Shown: positions 1 through 12,978, counted from the first letter of the whole stretch. The stretch is 63,790 bases of DNA, filler included, from Choristocarpus tenellus KU-1152 (GCA_964200185.2; 11 parts of 11 records of this genome joined end to end with filler, not necessarily neighbours in it), one strand, 5' to 3'. Numbers and translations are program-made. The notes: a model not told the origin generated them from the letters alone.

Positions 1-82
1 AAAATCAAAAAAAAAAGACGTATGGTCTAAGCGGACGCCCCCTCCCCATACCTCCCCCCCCCCCCCCCAGATACTTTGACCC
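1..82. mobile_element. MITE family C, one terminus (poly-C + AGATACTTTGACCC)
   Basis: Same terminal sequence as the full copies at 43816-43997 and 44081-44260. Confidence 0.65.
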
Positions 83-412
83 TTAAGTGGGTAGTCAACC
101 ACAGACTCTGAGGACAATGCAGGTGACCCGTACACCGATCCAGGAGACGCTGTGGTTGGGTTGGCCATCGACCTTGGATCCGACAAAAACATCTCCATAC
201 CACCTGTGAAACCCTCCAATTATGATATAATATATAAAGGTTTCTTGTGGAGGAGGATAATCTTCGTTATATTATTATATAATACTGTATTACAATGCCA
301 GTCGCTCTGGGCGATACAGGGGTGCCTTGGGGCACTGTGAGTCCCTCATCCTGTGTCTGACTTCCTCACGAAGATAGACACCAACACTCGTCGTCAGAAG
401 CGCCTTGGCTTG

Positions 413-3318
413 ATGGATCCTCCACACATGGAGGTGGGCATCCTCCTATCCAATGTCCGAGCAGAAATCGCTCGTGCTTCCCCGAATCAATCTGGAGGGC
501 CCAGTGCAGTCGCAGCTGCTCTTCGTCATGCTTATTTCTTGTTACAATCGAGGAAGGACAGCGCATCGCCCTCGTTTCGGGAAGCCTTCGCGCAATCTTC
601 TTATACTTCTTTCTCATTCTATCTCCTGAGGGAAGTCGGGCCGACGTGGTTGCCCCACTGGAGTGACGAGGAAGCAGCCCGATGCTTCGACCCTTTCTTC
701 ACCTTAACCTCAAGTGGTCTTTTTGACGTGCCCCCTTCCCTAGTCCTGTTGGGCCTCTGTGAAGGCCTCGGGCGAGATATAGGAGAACGGGATCGTTCAG
801 ATTCGCCTGTGGGCTCTTCCCTGGACGCTTGTACTGTGCAGCGTGCATGCCTATTCCTCGAGCCATTCTTGATAGATTTTTGGAGTTGTGGTGTATCTCG
901 ACATTGCAGATTGGCAGAAGACAGAGTGGCGGAAGCAACGTTGCTGGGAGATGAAGAAAATGAAATTCCGGTTAGAGTCGTTAAGGAAGGTGGGAATGGC
1001 GGTTGTCCTACCTTCAGTAGAGTGCGATCGGAACGATGCCACACCATCAGAGGGCCCCCTTCTGAATTGAAGGGAGAGGAAGCAACCCACCCATTCTTAC
1101 AGGTCATCCAGGATCTCGCTCGAGGGTTAAGAAGCCCCGCTGGAACTAAGCAAGCTCAAACAGCAAGTAATAACGCCGAGCGGGTGAAGGATAGGACTGC
1201 GTTGGGGCCTGGGCCAACAGCAACAATGGCTGAGAGGTTGGCCTCGTCCCTTTGCCTGATGCCTCAAAAAATTGCTAACGCCCTTGGTCCCCTCACTCCC
1301 TACCGATTCTCCCCTAAGGGCTTTTTCCCTTCCCTTTGCACATGCCTAATCCTCTCCTTTGAGTCGTGCTGGGCAGAAGAACATTCTGCGTTAAATGCTA
1401 CTATTCCATCGGGCCCCACAATCAACTCTATCCATACGGATGTGCATGAAGTCTTCTCTTCCTCACTAGCCTCTGTATGGCGAGCTATCTCAGGCAAGAT
1501 TATGAGTGCCGGTAGGGCTGGAGACCTGGTTGAGGCATGGTTATATGCTATTCTTGAACAGGAGCCTAGTTGCCCCTTGGACCCTGATAAGAGACACAGA
1601 GAGGATGGGGAAAGCAGTCGAGGAGAGAGTGGTTCATCACAATGGAAAGATTGGCCAGACAAAGAGGGGTCAGCGGTACATGCATGGATGGCTGCTGAGG
1701 CCCCGGAGGCACAGAGGGGAGCTCTTGTGGAGGCCCTCCTCAAAGCATCAGTGTTGTCTAACCGCAGCAGGGGTGCCTTGGTCAGTAGGGGGAGAGAATC
1801 AGTATCTGCATCTGCACTGCCTCCCAATTTTGCCACAGCCACTTGCCGAACTTTGATCGGGATTCCCTTGCTGAGGGACCATGGTGTGGCTCGCCAATGC
1901 TCCGGTGGTTGGGTGGAAATAGAAAGATATGGCAGTGTTGGGGCAGGGGGAGCGTCAGTGGAATTGCTGGAAAGGATTCTGTTGCGGAGGGCACTACCTG
2001 TTGTAGCAGCTAGTGTAATCGTTGATGTACTTGCCTGGTGTGACTCAAAGATAGCTTCTGTCTCCTCTGTCCTCCCCACTGGGGGAGTGGTAGCAGATCC
2101 AAGGGACTGGCAAGAAGGGCATGGGAGGCGGGGACAGAGAGGCATTCATGGGAGGGGACTTGTCTTGGGCACCTTCTGCAGGGTTGCGGCGCTGTGGGCT
2201 GAGCCATCCTTTCTAAATAGATCGCCTCCTAGGCAGCAGGAACTGTACACTGCCTTCCTCCTGTTTGCTCTCAAGAGGTATGTTAGTATGGAGACTAACC
2301 CAGTCCTTCTCATTCCCCCTCTGCATTGGTTTGCCTGTCTTAACCACTGTGGACTTTATTTTCCTCTAATTTTCCCATTCATAACCTCCATCACTCCAAT
2401 GACTCCCATGCTCCCATAACACATCTGATGGTGATCAGTAACTTTGTTCTGCTCCCCTCTCCTTCCCTGCAATGATTGAACTGGATATTGTGCATGCCTC
2501 TCTAACTCTACTCCAAATATTGTGAAACCCTATTGAACACTTGCCAGTGGAGCCCTTGGTGAGGGTGATCTCAAGTCTGACCCTGAAGCTCTCATTCTGC
2601 TGGTTCGAGGGGTTGGTTCTCACCTTGAGCAAGTGGGAAGGGAATCTCGCCTTCAGGGTATGCGTGTCGGGGAGGCAATGTCAGGTATAATTGGAACTGA
2701 GCTTCACTTTGATGAACTTAATGGTGAACGGGAGGATGAAGCCGCTGAGGATGCCCTAATGGGAGGGAGGGTGAGGATGGACATTGACTCAGTTGAGATA
2801 GGGTCTGATTCTGTGCCCAGGGAGAGTGGCACAAGGGAAGAAGAAGAGAGAGAGGTTAGGAACAAGCAAGGAAGCCAAGGGGGGAGCAGCAAGCCATTGA
2901 GTCAGAGGGGAATAGAGAAGAAGAAAGGGCAGAAGAGAGGTGAGAAGAGACAAATACTCTCACAACCAAAGCCTGGCAGAGGTGGTATTAAGAGGGGAGG
3001 AAAGGGAGGTGGGCTTAGCAACCGGGGTCTGCCTGAGGACGGGAAGGAGCTGGATCCAGACATGGTTCTTCCCCTTGGTGGTTGGAGTGATTCTGACTCA
3101 GATGGCGATAATGATGGCAACCTTAATCATGGGGCACAAGTGAGTTAAGGGAACAATGTAGTACAGTGGGGGTATATTTTTGAGGTGGCGTGCACTTGAA
3201 GGTGTTTGTGAGTATTTTTTTTGTCATTCTGATGTGTTGCCCTATTAGTAACGATAAAATATTTCCATGTTTCTCGGGGGGGTTTTTTGGCTAGTGTTTT
3301 GAAGGGTTGCAAAAGTGG

Positions 3319-3350
<32 letters not shown>

Positions 3351-4611
3351 AGGACTCTATATGCTATTCACTCTCACGAACGATTGGTAGGTCCCTACGG
3401 CTTGGGTGTGGATGAAACATCGAACATTCCAAGTAGTAGAATTTTTGTGATTTTTTCTACCTTTGATCCTGAGCCAGAGCTAGAGGGTTTGTCATTATCC
3501 GTGCATTAGCATAACCACCATCTTCCACTTTGTGAGTATAGTACTTTCTCTTACCCAGCAAATGCAAGAACAGGCCCCAACTCTGTTGCCCCTCCCTCCA
3601 AATAGAACTAAGAGAATTGCCCCTCAATGCACTTCTGTGGCATGTTTCTCCTCCAACCCGTTTGTACGTTAAGCTAGCGTTAAGTTTGAAGCTATTCCTA
3701 ATCCTTGCTTCAACTCACTCACACCTTGGGATACAAGAAGGGTATTGGGTCACACTCAACCGATTCGGGTGAGGGTGAATCTTTGGATGGCAGCGGGGTC
3801 GGTCTTCAGGTGGAGAGCGACAGTGATTCCTTCGGTGGCCAGAGTGACAGTGAAAGGGATGTGGGGGAAGGAGGTGGGAGCTGGAAGGATTTTGATGAGC
3901 TAGAGGCGTATGATCTACGGGACGATCAGAAGGACTTGGCTGGAGTAGCGGAGCCGGTGTATCTGGAGCAGCTCCTTGAGTGTAAGTCAAGTCACATCAA
4001 CGTCTCTCCCTCCCCCTTTGCCTACGGCCGTATGATGTGATATGGTGGAGAGAGAGTGTGTGTGTGTGTGTGTGTGTGTGTACGTGTGTATGTTTTTTTG
4101 AGCTTTTTGTTTTGGTAGATTGAAGTAAGGCATGGTGCAGTAGAATGGACACGGCAAGCACCCCCTGTGTACTCACATAGTTAGGCAATGATTGCCACAA
4201 GTGTGTGTGTTTTCACCTCCAGCTCACCATACCCCTCCCCATTTGCAGCGAGTGCAGCCGTGGTTGTGAGGTCATTGGCTCATTGTCTGTAAAGCTAGTG
4301 AACATCAACATCGATACTGGCGGAACTATCCTGTCACCAACCCTAACCCTAACCCTCGAATCCAACTTTCGACTATTTAGTCCCAAAACATCCATTTAAT
4401 CCCTTCGAAAGCATCTGACTTGGGACTGCGATCCATCCTTGGCGCGTTGACAGTGCTACGTTCACGGGACCAACCGGACACACCAGAAAAGCATGAAACT
4501 GGCCTGAGGCATGCGGAGGCGTTGGCAAGGAGGGGTACTCCAGACCTGCCACACAGGGCACCTGAGCTGTGCAGGGATCTCCTTTTCCTGGAGAACTCAT
4601 TTGACTTGCAG
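413..4611 (+). CDS. TELO2: Telomere length regulation protein Tel2/TELO2 (TTT complex), 3'-truncated by contig end; exons ~413-2277, 2548-3139, 3738/3741-3981, 4454-4611
   Basis: The GT-AG junctions give phase-compatible exons. The spliced product contains LLVRGVGSHLE...RLQGMRVGEAMS, then an acidic SDSD linker, LEAYDLRDDQKDL...PVYLEQLLE and ETGLRHAEALARRGTPDLPHRAPELCRDLLFLENSFD, which match the Tel2 Telomere_reg-2 region. Start codon is uncertain (ATG 413 within ORF 353-2419). Confidence 0.85.
3324..3350. repeat. (TG)n microsatellite; similar tracts at 4056-4081 and (CA)n at 9178-9212
   Basis: Seen directly. Confidence 0.95.
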
Positions 4612-4727
4612 GTATGTGTTGTATATATGTGTTACCATTTCTTGCAAAGGGGGGGGGGGTGGAGGAACGGGGAATGGGGTTGGTTTCACTCTGGGTCTAT
4701 TTCAAGCTTAGAGGTTATTTGGTTTAG

Positions 4728-4827
4728 NNNNNNNNNNNNNNNNNNNNNNNNNNNNNNNNNNNNNNNNNNNNTTAATTAATTAANNNNNNNNNNNNNNNNN
4801 NNNNNNNNNNNNNNNNNNNNNNNNNNN
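4728..4827. other. Artificial contig linker N44-TTAATTAATTAA-N44; also at 13222-13321, 18111-18210, 22120-22219, 30981-31080, 33914-34013, 40096-40195, 44712-44811, 51220-51319, 60959-61058
   Basis: Identical 100-bp spacer with stops in all six frames, repeated 10 times. Confidence 0.98.
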
Positions 4828-5036
4828 CCTCCCCAACACACATACTTTATGTCAGAAAAAAAAAACTGTCTGGAGAACCGAACATTTACAGTTCTGCCTC
4901 AGTTATTTCTTGATCAATTGATTATATGCCAATTAACAAGTTGCACCTCACAACATCGCTGATGGTATGAGCGCCTCTCCAGAAAAATGTAGGGGGGTTC
5001 AGTGAGCAAAGTCCACACTGATAGAGATGATCCTTA

Positions 5037-5798
5037 CCCTTATCGTTGCAGGAGAAACCGTTTTTCAATAATGGTGAGGTATTTCGAGGCTGTTACTTCT
5101 TCTTGGGCTCCTATCTGATTGGTTGTGCTATGAGCACATGTAAGCAAATAGAAATGATTTCCTTGTGGGTTTTAACCTAGCCTTGTCCAGGGGTATGCTT
5201 GTAGTATATCTACAGATGAGTGAAAGTATCTTAGGGTTAGGGTACGAGTTTTGCCCTGTTTGTCCATTTGGGACTTGGCTTCCCACGGGTGTTTTATTGC
5301 ATTTTCATACTCTGAAATGTTTCAGAGTAGGAAAAATGTGTATGTTATGAAAAGGTGTGTCCGGAACAAGTATATCGACACTTCCTAGTAAACACGCTAG
5401 GCGAAATTATATCAAAATTGCAACATTTGATTTTAGACCTCAAACAGACACAGTCCTACCCTCTAAGATACTTTGACTCAGACAGAACATGTGGAATCTA
5501 AGTGTGATCACCATCAATCGCCCTTTGAATGTTATTGAAATTCGAGATGATGTGAATTGCCTTAAGAAAGGAGAGATGTATATATATATATATATATATA
5601 TCTGCGGATGTATGCATCACCTCCATGTCACGGTAGATCTTCCCGTTCTTGAGGTCATTGTAGTTGACAATGGCCTCTGAGTTGTTGACTCCAATAGAAG
5701 TCGGAGCAACCCAGTTCGCAGCAGCTTTCTTGAGGTCAGCCTTCTTTTTTCTCTTGCTTCCATCGCTATTGCTACTGTCATCACTACTGCTCTCATCA
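5037..5798 (-). pseudogene. Degenerate spliced gene fragment of unknown function (exons 5798-5621, 5560-5512, ~5127-5037)
   Basis: AG/GT-bounded, phase-compatible exons read DESSSDDSSNSDGSKRKKKADLKKAAANWVAPTSIGVNNSEAIVNYNDLKNGKIYRDME | AIHIISNFNNIQRAID | AQPIR*EPKKK*QPRN. The third exon has TAG/TAA stops. Confidence 0.4.
5218..5479. mobile_element. MITE family A (~250-270 bp), full copy
   Basis: TIRs GAGTGAAAGTATCTTAG... / ...TACCCTCTAAGATACTTTGACTC; flanks AGAT/AGAC; homologous to 7 other copies in the window. Confidence 0.9.
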
Positions 5799-6746
5799 CT
5801 GAAACAAACACAACAAACAAACAGTCGTGAAAGTCAATGTTTATGGTGAGTATTGAGAATGGGAACGTATGGGCAAATTAAGGGCAAGGGTGGTATGTGT
5901 GGGGTCGAAGGTGGACTCCGTGATCCAGTCAACAGTGAGAAAGGTCATGGTGGGACAGTTATCATGCGGATGGAATTTCCTCAACATTGGGGTGCATTGT
6001 TTTTTCTTTTTTCTTTTTGGGTGTATGGATCCTTGGGTCGGCTGTCTGATGCTCATTTCCGTGCCCAAAAGTGATACGGTATGGTGGTACTTTGCCGTAT
6101 GGGTAGAAGATCTATCCTCGCTTAGTGGAAAACTATTTCGGAGTGGAAGTTGTAACTGTTGCCTTTGGTCCTTGTTTTTGTCGAGGCAGTTGGAATTTTG
6201 GATTGTTGGGCTGGGAAGGTACAAGGCTGTTGGAATGAGACCGTTTATTTTGTTGAGAGAGGGTGCTCAATAGGGTAGACCCCCAGCGACGTACAAAAAC
6301 AAACGAAAAAGAAAAAATCAATGCACTACCCTGAAGAAGAATCACCAGCCTAAGCATTTTCAACAGAGGTACCACCTTGACACTCAAGGAGGATTAATTT
6401 GATTGTCAGGATTCTTTCGCACCTTTAATGCGATACATCAGGCAAAAAGAGCACTACTCACATAACATGCTTAGATAGTGCCACCAGTGAAGAGGTGAAA
6501 AAAAAAAGAGGGAGGGGTTCAACTGCTTGCGTGAGTCAGTCACTACATGTGATGGCAGGATTGGAAAACAGTATGCTGAGGGTATGTCAAAATACATTAC
6601 TAAAATTTAGTACAGAGAAAAATGAAATATATCTATTGATATAGTCAATGGCAGTGGCATCTGAGTCAATTGCACGCAGAGCTCCTTCCAACTCTTTCTA
6701 GTTTGCTCAGTATTTCCTACCCAGTATCTTGCAATCAACGGCATCG

Positions 6747-7007
6747 CAATGAAAGTATGTTAGGGTTAGGGTATGAGTTTGCCCTGTTTGTCCGTTTGGG
6801 GCTTGACTTCCCACAGGTTTTTAATGAGATTTTACCCACTCCAAAATGTTTTGGGTAGGTAAAATGTATACGTTATGAAAAGGTGTGTCAGGATCAAGGG
6901 TATTGGCATCTCCCAACAAACACGATACCCAAAATTACATGAAATTTGCAACATTGGATTTTGACCCCCAAACGGACGCGTCTCTACCCTCTAAGATACT
7001 TTGACTC
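6747..7007. mobile_element. MITE family A, full copy
   Basis: Same body and TIRs (left end degenerate); flanks ATCG/ATCA. Confidence 0.9.
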
Positions 7008-7722
7008 ATCAAGGTTTGGTTTGAGGTTCTTCTGCTCTGCAGCCCTTTCTCTCTCTCCTTACTCTGTTTACTCCCTATTTTCTGCAACTTACAACTTACG
7101 ACTTACTCTCTCGCTGTGACTCTCCGCAGCTCTTGATGGGATGCAACTCTAACCCTAAACCCCACGTTACCATTGTTCAAAGATTAAAAATGGCAACAGA
7201 ATAGAAAATAGCTGGATTTGTCATCAGTCAGGGGGCAGATGCGCTGGAACCAGTCTGCGAACTGGACTGGTTCCAGTATTTTCCTACTGCTTGTCCATAC
7301 CAAGGCCGTCGCAAGATTGTTTCTTGGCTGGGCCGTGGGACGGGCTGTGGTCATGTTAAAATAGATGTAGTGGACAGTACAATGACAATTAGGTGTAACC
7401 GAAAGATTTTTTTTTCCCACAACAACCAATCAACGACAAGTTCCCTTAGAGGGATATTTTTTATAAATGTTTCTTTTGCCATGAATGAATTTGGGATGGC
7501 GACCCTGCTTCACTGGGCCAGACACGATAAAAAAAAAAGTCCTCGGCCATCAACTATTCCAACACGGCCAAGCAGCAGGTTCGCCTGTTACCAATATTTT
7601 CTACCAGGACAAGTCCGTGGCCATCAACTGTTGCAACTTATCCTGGCCAAAGGGTCAGTCTGCGGCCTTGACTTGGACCCCAGCCAGGCCATCAATAACT
7701 GCCCAGGCTCATGAACATCCCT

Positions 7723-7985
7723 GAGTCAAAGTAAGCCAGAGGTACCCAGGTTTTGGCTGTTTGGCACTTTAAGCCAATTTTTGAATCTTTTTCAATTTGC
7801 CTATGTTTCTATGGAATGAAGTTCTAAGTTTGAAATGAGAGCGTTGATTCCTGTCTTGTTTGAATATTTTCGACGAAATTTCCGAAAATGTATTTCACAC
7901 ATTTGTAAAAAAAGAGCCGAATTTTGCATGTTTTGTCAACATACTCAAAATGCAACCCTGGGGTAAATCTCGTTCACTTTGACTC
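7723..7985. mobile_element. MITE family B (~260 bp), full copy
   Basis: TIRs GAGTCAAAGTAA...GAGGTACCCAG / ...CTGGGGTAAATCTCGTTCACTTTGACTC; perfect 3-bp TSD CCT. Confidence 0.88.
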
Positions 7986-8533
7986 CCTGCAGAGAAATAT
8001 TGCTAGAACACACGAGACATTATATGACAGGCAGAAGTGTTAGAGTGTGAGAGTGTGAGAGTGTGAAACACAGAGGAAGCGAAGGCATAGGTCCAGTGCA
8101 GTAGAGCCCGAGCACTGATACAGTAGAGTCGGTCAGAGTTGGTGCAACAAGATGCAGCGAACTAGTCAGCTTTGCGCCTGCTGGGTGGCTCTCATCGTTG
8201 AAATGAACAAGTCTAGCCAGTGGACCGGGTTTGCAACAAAGGAAATGCTAGCAACCCTTACCCTAACCCCTTGCAAAAAAAAAAGTAGTGAGAGTCGTTG
8301 GCATGAGCACATGATTGTTGAATGAGCATACCTTAAAGCACATGCACGAGGACAAGGGTCTGTCCTGGTAACGTACAGAGAGATAGACTAAAGGATGATA
8401 AATAATAATAACCATAATGATAATAATAACCATAATAATAATTATTATTTTATTGTAGTGATAGACGTATGTTATCACCCCTCTCGAATGCCTCTCCCTC
8501 CACCCACTGACCCTCTCCCGTTACTGATGATAA

Positions 8534-8561
8534 AACCCTAACCCTAACCCTAACCCTAACC
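8534..8561. repeat. Interstitial telomere-like (CCCTAA)n; shorter tracts at ~4340, ~12400, ~15020
   Basis: Seen directly. Confidence 0.85.
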
Positions 8562-9175
8562 TGCTGCCGAGCATGTTGGATGACACATTATTCATCCCGT
8601 CTGACTTGTGAGCCATGGTTCGTGCTGCTTCGTCTGCATCTTCCTTGATGTCTCGAGTCATACGCTTCAGTGCAGCCCGCCGGCAGTACCTGTTGTTCAT
8701 CCCACACAGGGGGGGGGTTATTTCGTTAGTTGTTCCCTGTACTAGACTGTATGAGGTGCAAGCACAGGTCAACTTGAACTCTGAGGACCTGCATTTGTCC
8801 TACCCAGTCCTGATCCTTCAAGTCTCACAACATTGATGTAGTGTGACTGCCAGATCAAAGGTGCCCATTTCATCAGCTACCAATGAGCATTCCACCAAAA
8901 TTTCCTTGTACGTTGTTCAGATTCACCGCACGGAATCTCAGATTCGGTGTGAACTTCCAGTCCTTTTTGGAAACGGATAGAGTTCCCCCAACATTGAGAC
9001 TGGAGGTGACATTGCTATCAGAGAAGATTGTGGCGTAAGACAGAAATGTGTGGGTTATTGGTTATTGTGGCATTGAGATGAGGATATATGCAGGTTGATG
9101 TGTCCTCGTTTGTTGATGATCGTGGGTATCCATGGAACAAGGGGGACGCATACAATGCTATCAATACTGTTTTGT

Positions 9176-9214
<39 letters not shown>

Positions 9215-10267
9215 GGGGTGGGAGTCCGGGGAGGGGGGATGCACTCTTCCTGTGTCATGTTTTTGTGCTGAGTGAGGTGTTTGAGGAGAATGCCCTGAGA
9301 AACCAACCTCCCCACATGTATTGAAGGGTCATATCTGTTTCGCTCTCCTGAACCAATGTTGAGGGTGCAGTCAGAGCTTGGTTTGTCTTAGTAAGAAGAA
9401 ATTATACATAAAAAATAGACTGAGCGACTCAACTGAAGCATGTGTGTGCCATGCCTCGATTGGTAGCCAAAACACACAAAAGGTGTATGTCCCTTCCCCC
9501 CTCTATACCAACAGTCCTTCCCTCTGCAACGGCACAAACACTCACATCACCACCTTTTTCCTCTCGGCCTGGAAGGTAGACTTGAGGTTACGGCGTTGAA
9601 TGTCCTGCTGCTTTACAAGCAGCTCGTATTTTGCCTCGTGTGTCTCCTGTCCCCAATAAGTTCCAGGGGAGTCAGCCGTGAAGGCAATGGGTTGGGGTGT
9701 AGAACGGTTACCGTGGCAGGAGTGTCAGACTTCAGGGTAATAGCAAACTCCAGGTGTATTAGGTCAAGTCACTGCATTTTCACTCAATCAGGAAAATGTT
9801 GACACTTAGTTGGCAAAGGGATTGAAGATTTTTGTTTTTCATGTGAAGTGAATTGAGCTCTGAACTACAGAAAGAACGATTCATGCCAAGTATGACTCAT
9901 ACCTCAAGTTGTTTGTCAGTGTAGTACATGCTTCAAGTTGAAAGATGAAATGCATATATGAAGTCCTTGGTTACACCAAGTTTGATTGGAAGCTTCAGTT
10001 CTGTGGCATACCCTGCGATGAGCATTGAGGAACTGTCCTGTCAATTTTCTGGCAGCGGTGCCCCCTCCCCCTCCCCAAACGTATTTGGCAGGGGTCAACA
10101 CATATCCCTTGGAATGTATCGATGTAAGTGAGGGATTGTGGCCAAATGTGCATTCTGTTCTTGCTTGCCACAGTCAAAACGGCTGATGAGGTGAGGTCTG
10201 GAGTCCATTCAAGTAGTGCTCAAAAATGCTACTTGGCATACACCCCACCACTTTCTGAGTGCACTCT

Positions 10268-10525
10268 GAGCCAAATTAAACAAGAGGTACCCAGAGTTAT
10301 ATTCAAATAATGCACACAAATATGTGCAAAATTCGATTTTTTTCCAAATGCATGTAGGATATTTTCCGAATAGTGTCGAAAACTTTCAAACAACCGAGAA
10401 ATCCACCCTCTCAAATCAAATTCAGCATCATCCATGTAAATATTAGTAAAATTGCAGAAGACTGAGAGACTGGGCTTAATATTCAAAACGGCCAGAAACT
10501 GGGTACATCTCGTTTACTTTGGCTC
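10268..10525. mobile_element. MITE family B, full copy (opposite orientation to 7723)
   Basis: GAGCCAAATTAAACAAGAGGTACCCAG ... CTGGGTACATCTCGTTTACTTTGGCTC; TSD TCT/TCT. Confidence 0.88.
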
Positions 10526-10822
10526 TCTACACACTCCCCACAAACAGTCTCTGGGGAGGTGTAGGAAGCTGTGTGTGGGAATAGTACTAGACTTAGCATT
10601 TCATCACAGCATTAACTAGAACCATAGTGCATAGTGTGGCAACCAGATATAACGTTGATAATCATCAGCACAAAATTGGACGATCTTAAGTATTGTTTTT
10701 TTTTTTACTTGGGTTCATTTGATTGAGGTCAAAGATTGACTGCACCTCAAATAAAAGTGCCTTACAAAAAAAAAATCACGGATGAACGTGTGTGTGTGTT
10801 TGTTAACCTTAGGTGTGCAAAT

Positions 10823-11003
10823 GCTATCGTGTTTGTTAGTAAGTGTCAATATCCATGTTCTGGACACACCTCTTCATATTGTATACATTTTACCTACTCA
10901 GAAACCTTTTGGAGTAGAAAAATGTCATAAAAAAACCCATGGGAAGCCAAGCCCCAAATGGACAAACAAGCCAAAACTCGTACCCTCTAAGATACTTTCA
11001 CTC
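10823..11003. mobile_element. MITE family A, truncated copy
   Basis: Body homology; ends TACCCTCTAAGATACTTTCACTC. Confidence 0.8.
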
Positions 11004-11229
11004 TGTAGCAACCCCTTCCTTGCATGTCAGAATATAAAAATATTTTGTGTTTGTTAATTTTGTTCTTAGTGCACTGCTTCATTTCTACTCTACGTACTCA
11101 TCCATCCAAGCACTCCACTCCATTCACTCTTTGTTGATTAGGCAAGCTCCGAAGCTTCATCCCGTGGCCATCATGGAATTGTCACTTGCCGTGGGGTGAT
11201 CCTTCAGATACCACTGACTCATTGAAGTA

Positions 11230-11575
11230 TGAGGACAACATCTTACCAGGCACTGGGATACAGCATCATACAAGGACCAATGCAATATCCCCGTACTTGG
11301 CCCAATGTTTTCCCCATAGGTTGTTAGACGATTAGCATCTGAGGATTACCCCATGACAATTGGCAGGGTGCCAGGGTGCCAAGGGGGCAATGATCCTTCA
11401 TATGCCAAGAATTCAACAAGATAAGGGGATAACATCTTTGCCAGACACTAGGACACACCATCATACTGCGACCAATGCAATATCCCAGCACTAAGTGAGA
11501 TGTTATCCCCACATCTTGTTGAGTCATTGGCACCTAAAGGACCACCCCATGACAGTGCACAACACCTGGGTGTGG
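11230..11575. repeat. Diverged tandem duplication, ~190-bp unit x2
   Basis: AACATCTT..CCAG.CACT.GGA...CATCATAC...GACCAATGCAATATCCC...ACCCCATGACA occurs twice, about 193 bp apart. Confidence 0.7.
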
Positions 11576-12466
11576 CAAAAGGATTGCACTTGAGAGATTG
11601 CCACAAAAACTAGTTAGATTGGCCCTCACTACCCAATCGTTTTCCACTCATAACGTCAAAGGGAAACTAGCTATTGATATAAGCACACCTCAAGGCTTTT
11701 CATTGTATGCTGCTGTTTCTCCACAAGCTGTTCCAGGCGAGATTTACCTCCAGACCAAGCGCTGACACAGTACAACAGGGAGTGGTGCAGGAGTTTGGGC
11801 AGATAAGAAGAAGTCTATGAGGTGAATCACTAGAGCTGGTACAGAAAACGAGGGCCTGATATATTGAGTTCCAAAGTCATCTATTAGGAAATGGTAAAGG
11901 CAGATAAATGCTTGGGGAAATGTTGCTTGCGTATTTAGAAAATGATAATTACAATGTGATACAATGCATTTTTTCCCTTTCAAACACAACTCTTCAACTA
12001 CAAGAACAGTTTATATTAATACTTTCAAGTGTGCGTTTGAATGGGGTGGTAGGATTTTGTTTACATTTGCTGGCTATTATATACTTGCTTCATCCACATG
12101 TACTTGTATGTACATATTAAATTTATTTGCAGCACGGAAGCCAATAAATACACATATATATATATTGCTTCATTTTACATCCATGCGGATAACAAATGTC
12201 TTTTTTTCGAGACTCTTGACTCTTGTCCACGAGGAGAGATGGTAATATGCCAATATGTGGAGGTACGAGGTCTTGTAGGAGTCAATGAATGGGCTTGACA
12301 AATATTTTTTTTCTTTTTCCTGAGTATGAACTTCTGCATATGGTTCAAAATAGTGAGTTATCATGTTCATCCATTTATCTATACCCCAAAATCTAACTCC
12401 AACTCTAACCCTAATTCTAACCCTCAAAGCTATTTTTTCTAACGTTAGACCTGTGTCACAGATTTT

Positions 12467-12978
12467 GAGTCAGAGTAAACAAGAATTACCCAGGTTTTGG
12501 TCGTTTTTGCATTCTTAAGTCAGTTCTTCAATCTTTTACAATTAACCCGTATTATTTCTATGGATGAACCACTGAGTTTGACTTATGAGAGTGTTGATTT
12601 CTCCATTGTTTGAAACTTATTGACAGATTTTTAGAAAATACCCTACACACATTTGTTTTGTTTATTAAAGTCAGATTTTGCATGTATTTGTCAGTAACCT
12701 TGAAATGAAACTCTCAGCATCTCAATTAGAGTCAAAGTATCTTAGAGGGTAGGGCTGTCTCCGTTTGGGGGTAAAAATCCAAAGTTGCAATTTTGATGTA
12801 ATTTTGGCTATGGTATTTGTTAGGAAGTGTCAACATCCTTGTTCCAGGCACACCTTCTCAAAACGTTTCAGAGTAGGGTAAAATGTCATAAAAAAAAACG
12901 TAGGAAGTCAAGCCCCAAATGGACAAACAGGGAAAAAAACTCATTCCCTCTAAGGTACTTTCACCCTTACTTTGACTC
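12467..12978. mobile_element. MITE family B carrying a nested family A copy (12729-12966)
   Basis: The family B right TIR is split as CATCTCAATTA-[A]-TTACTTTGACTC, with TTA duplicated. Confidence 0.88.

Noticed and set aside
1300-2145. 281-aa antisense ORF and many other overlapping ORFs in the track
   Set aside because: These are shadows of real exons or low-complexity chance ORFs with no recognisable motifs.
4728-4827. Regularly recurring TTAATTAATTAA palindrome
   Set aside because: It is always centred in N runs of fixed length, so it is an assembly linker. Gene neighbourhoods across linkers were not interpreted.
8534-8561. True telomere
   Set aside because: Only 4-5 units, internal to a contig.
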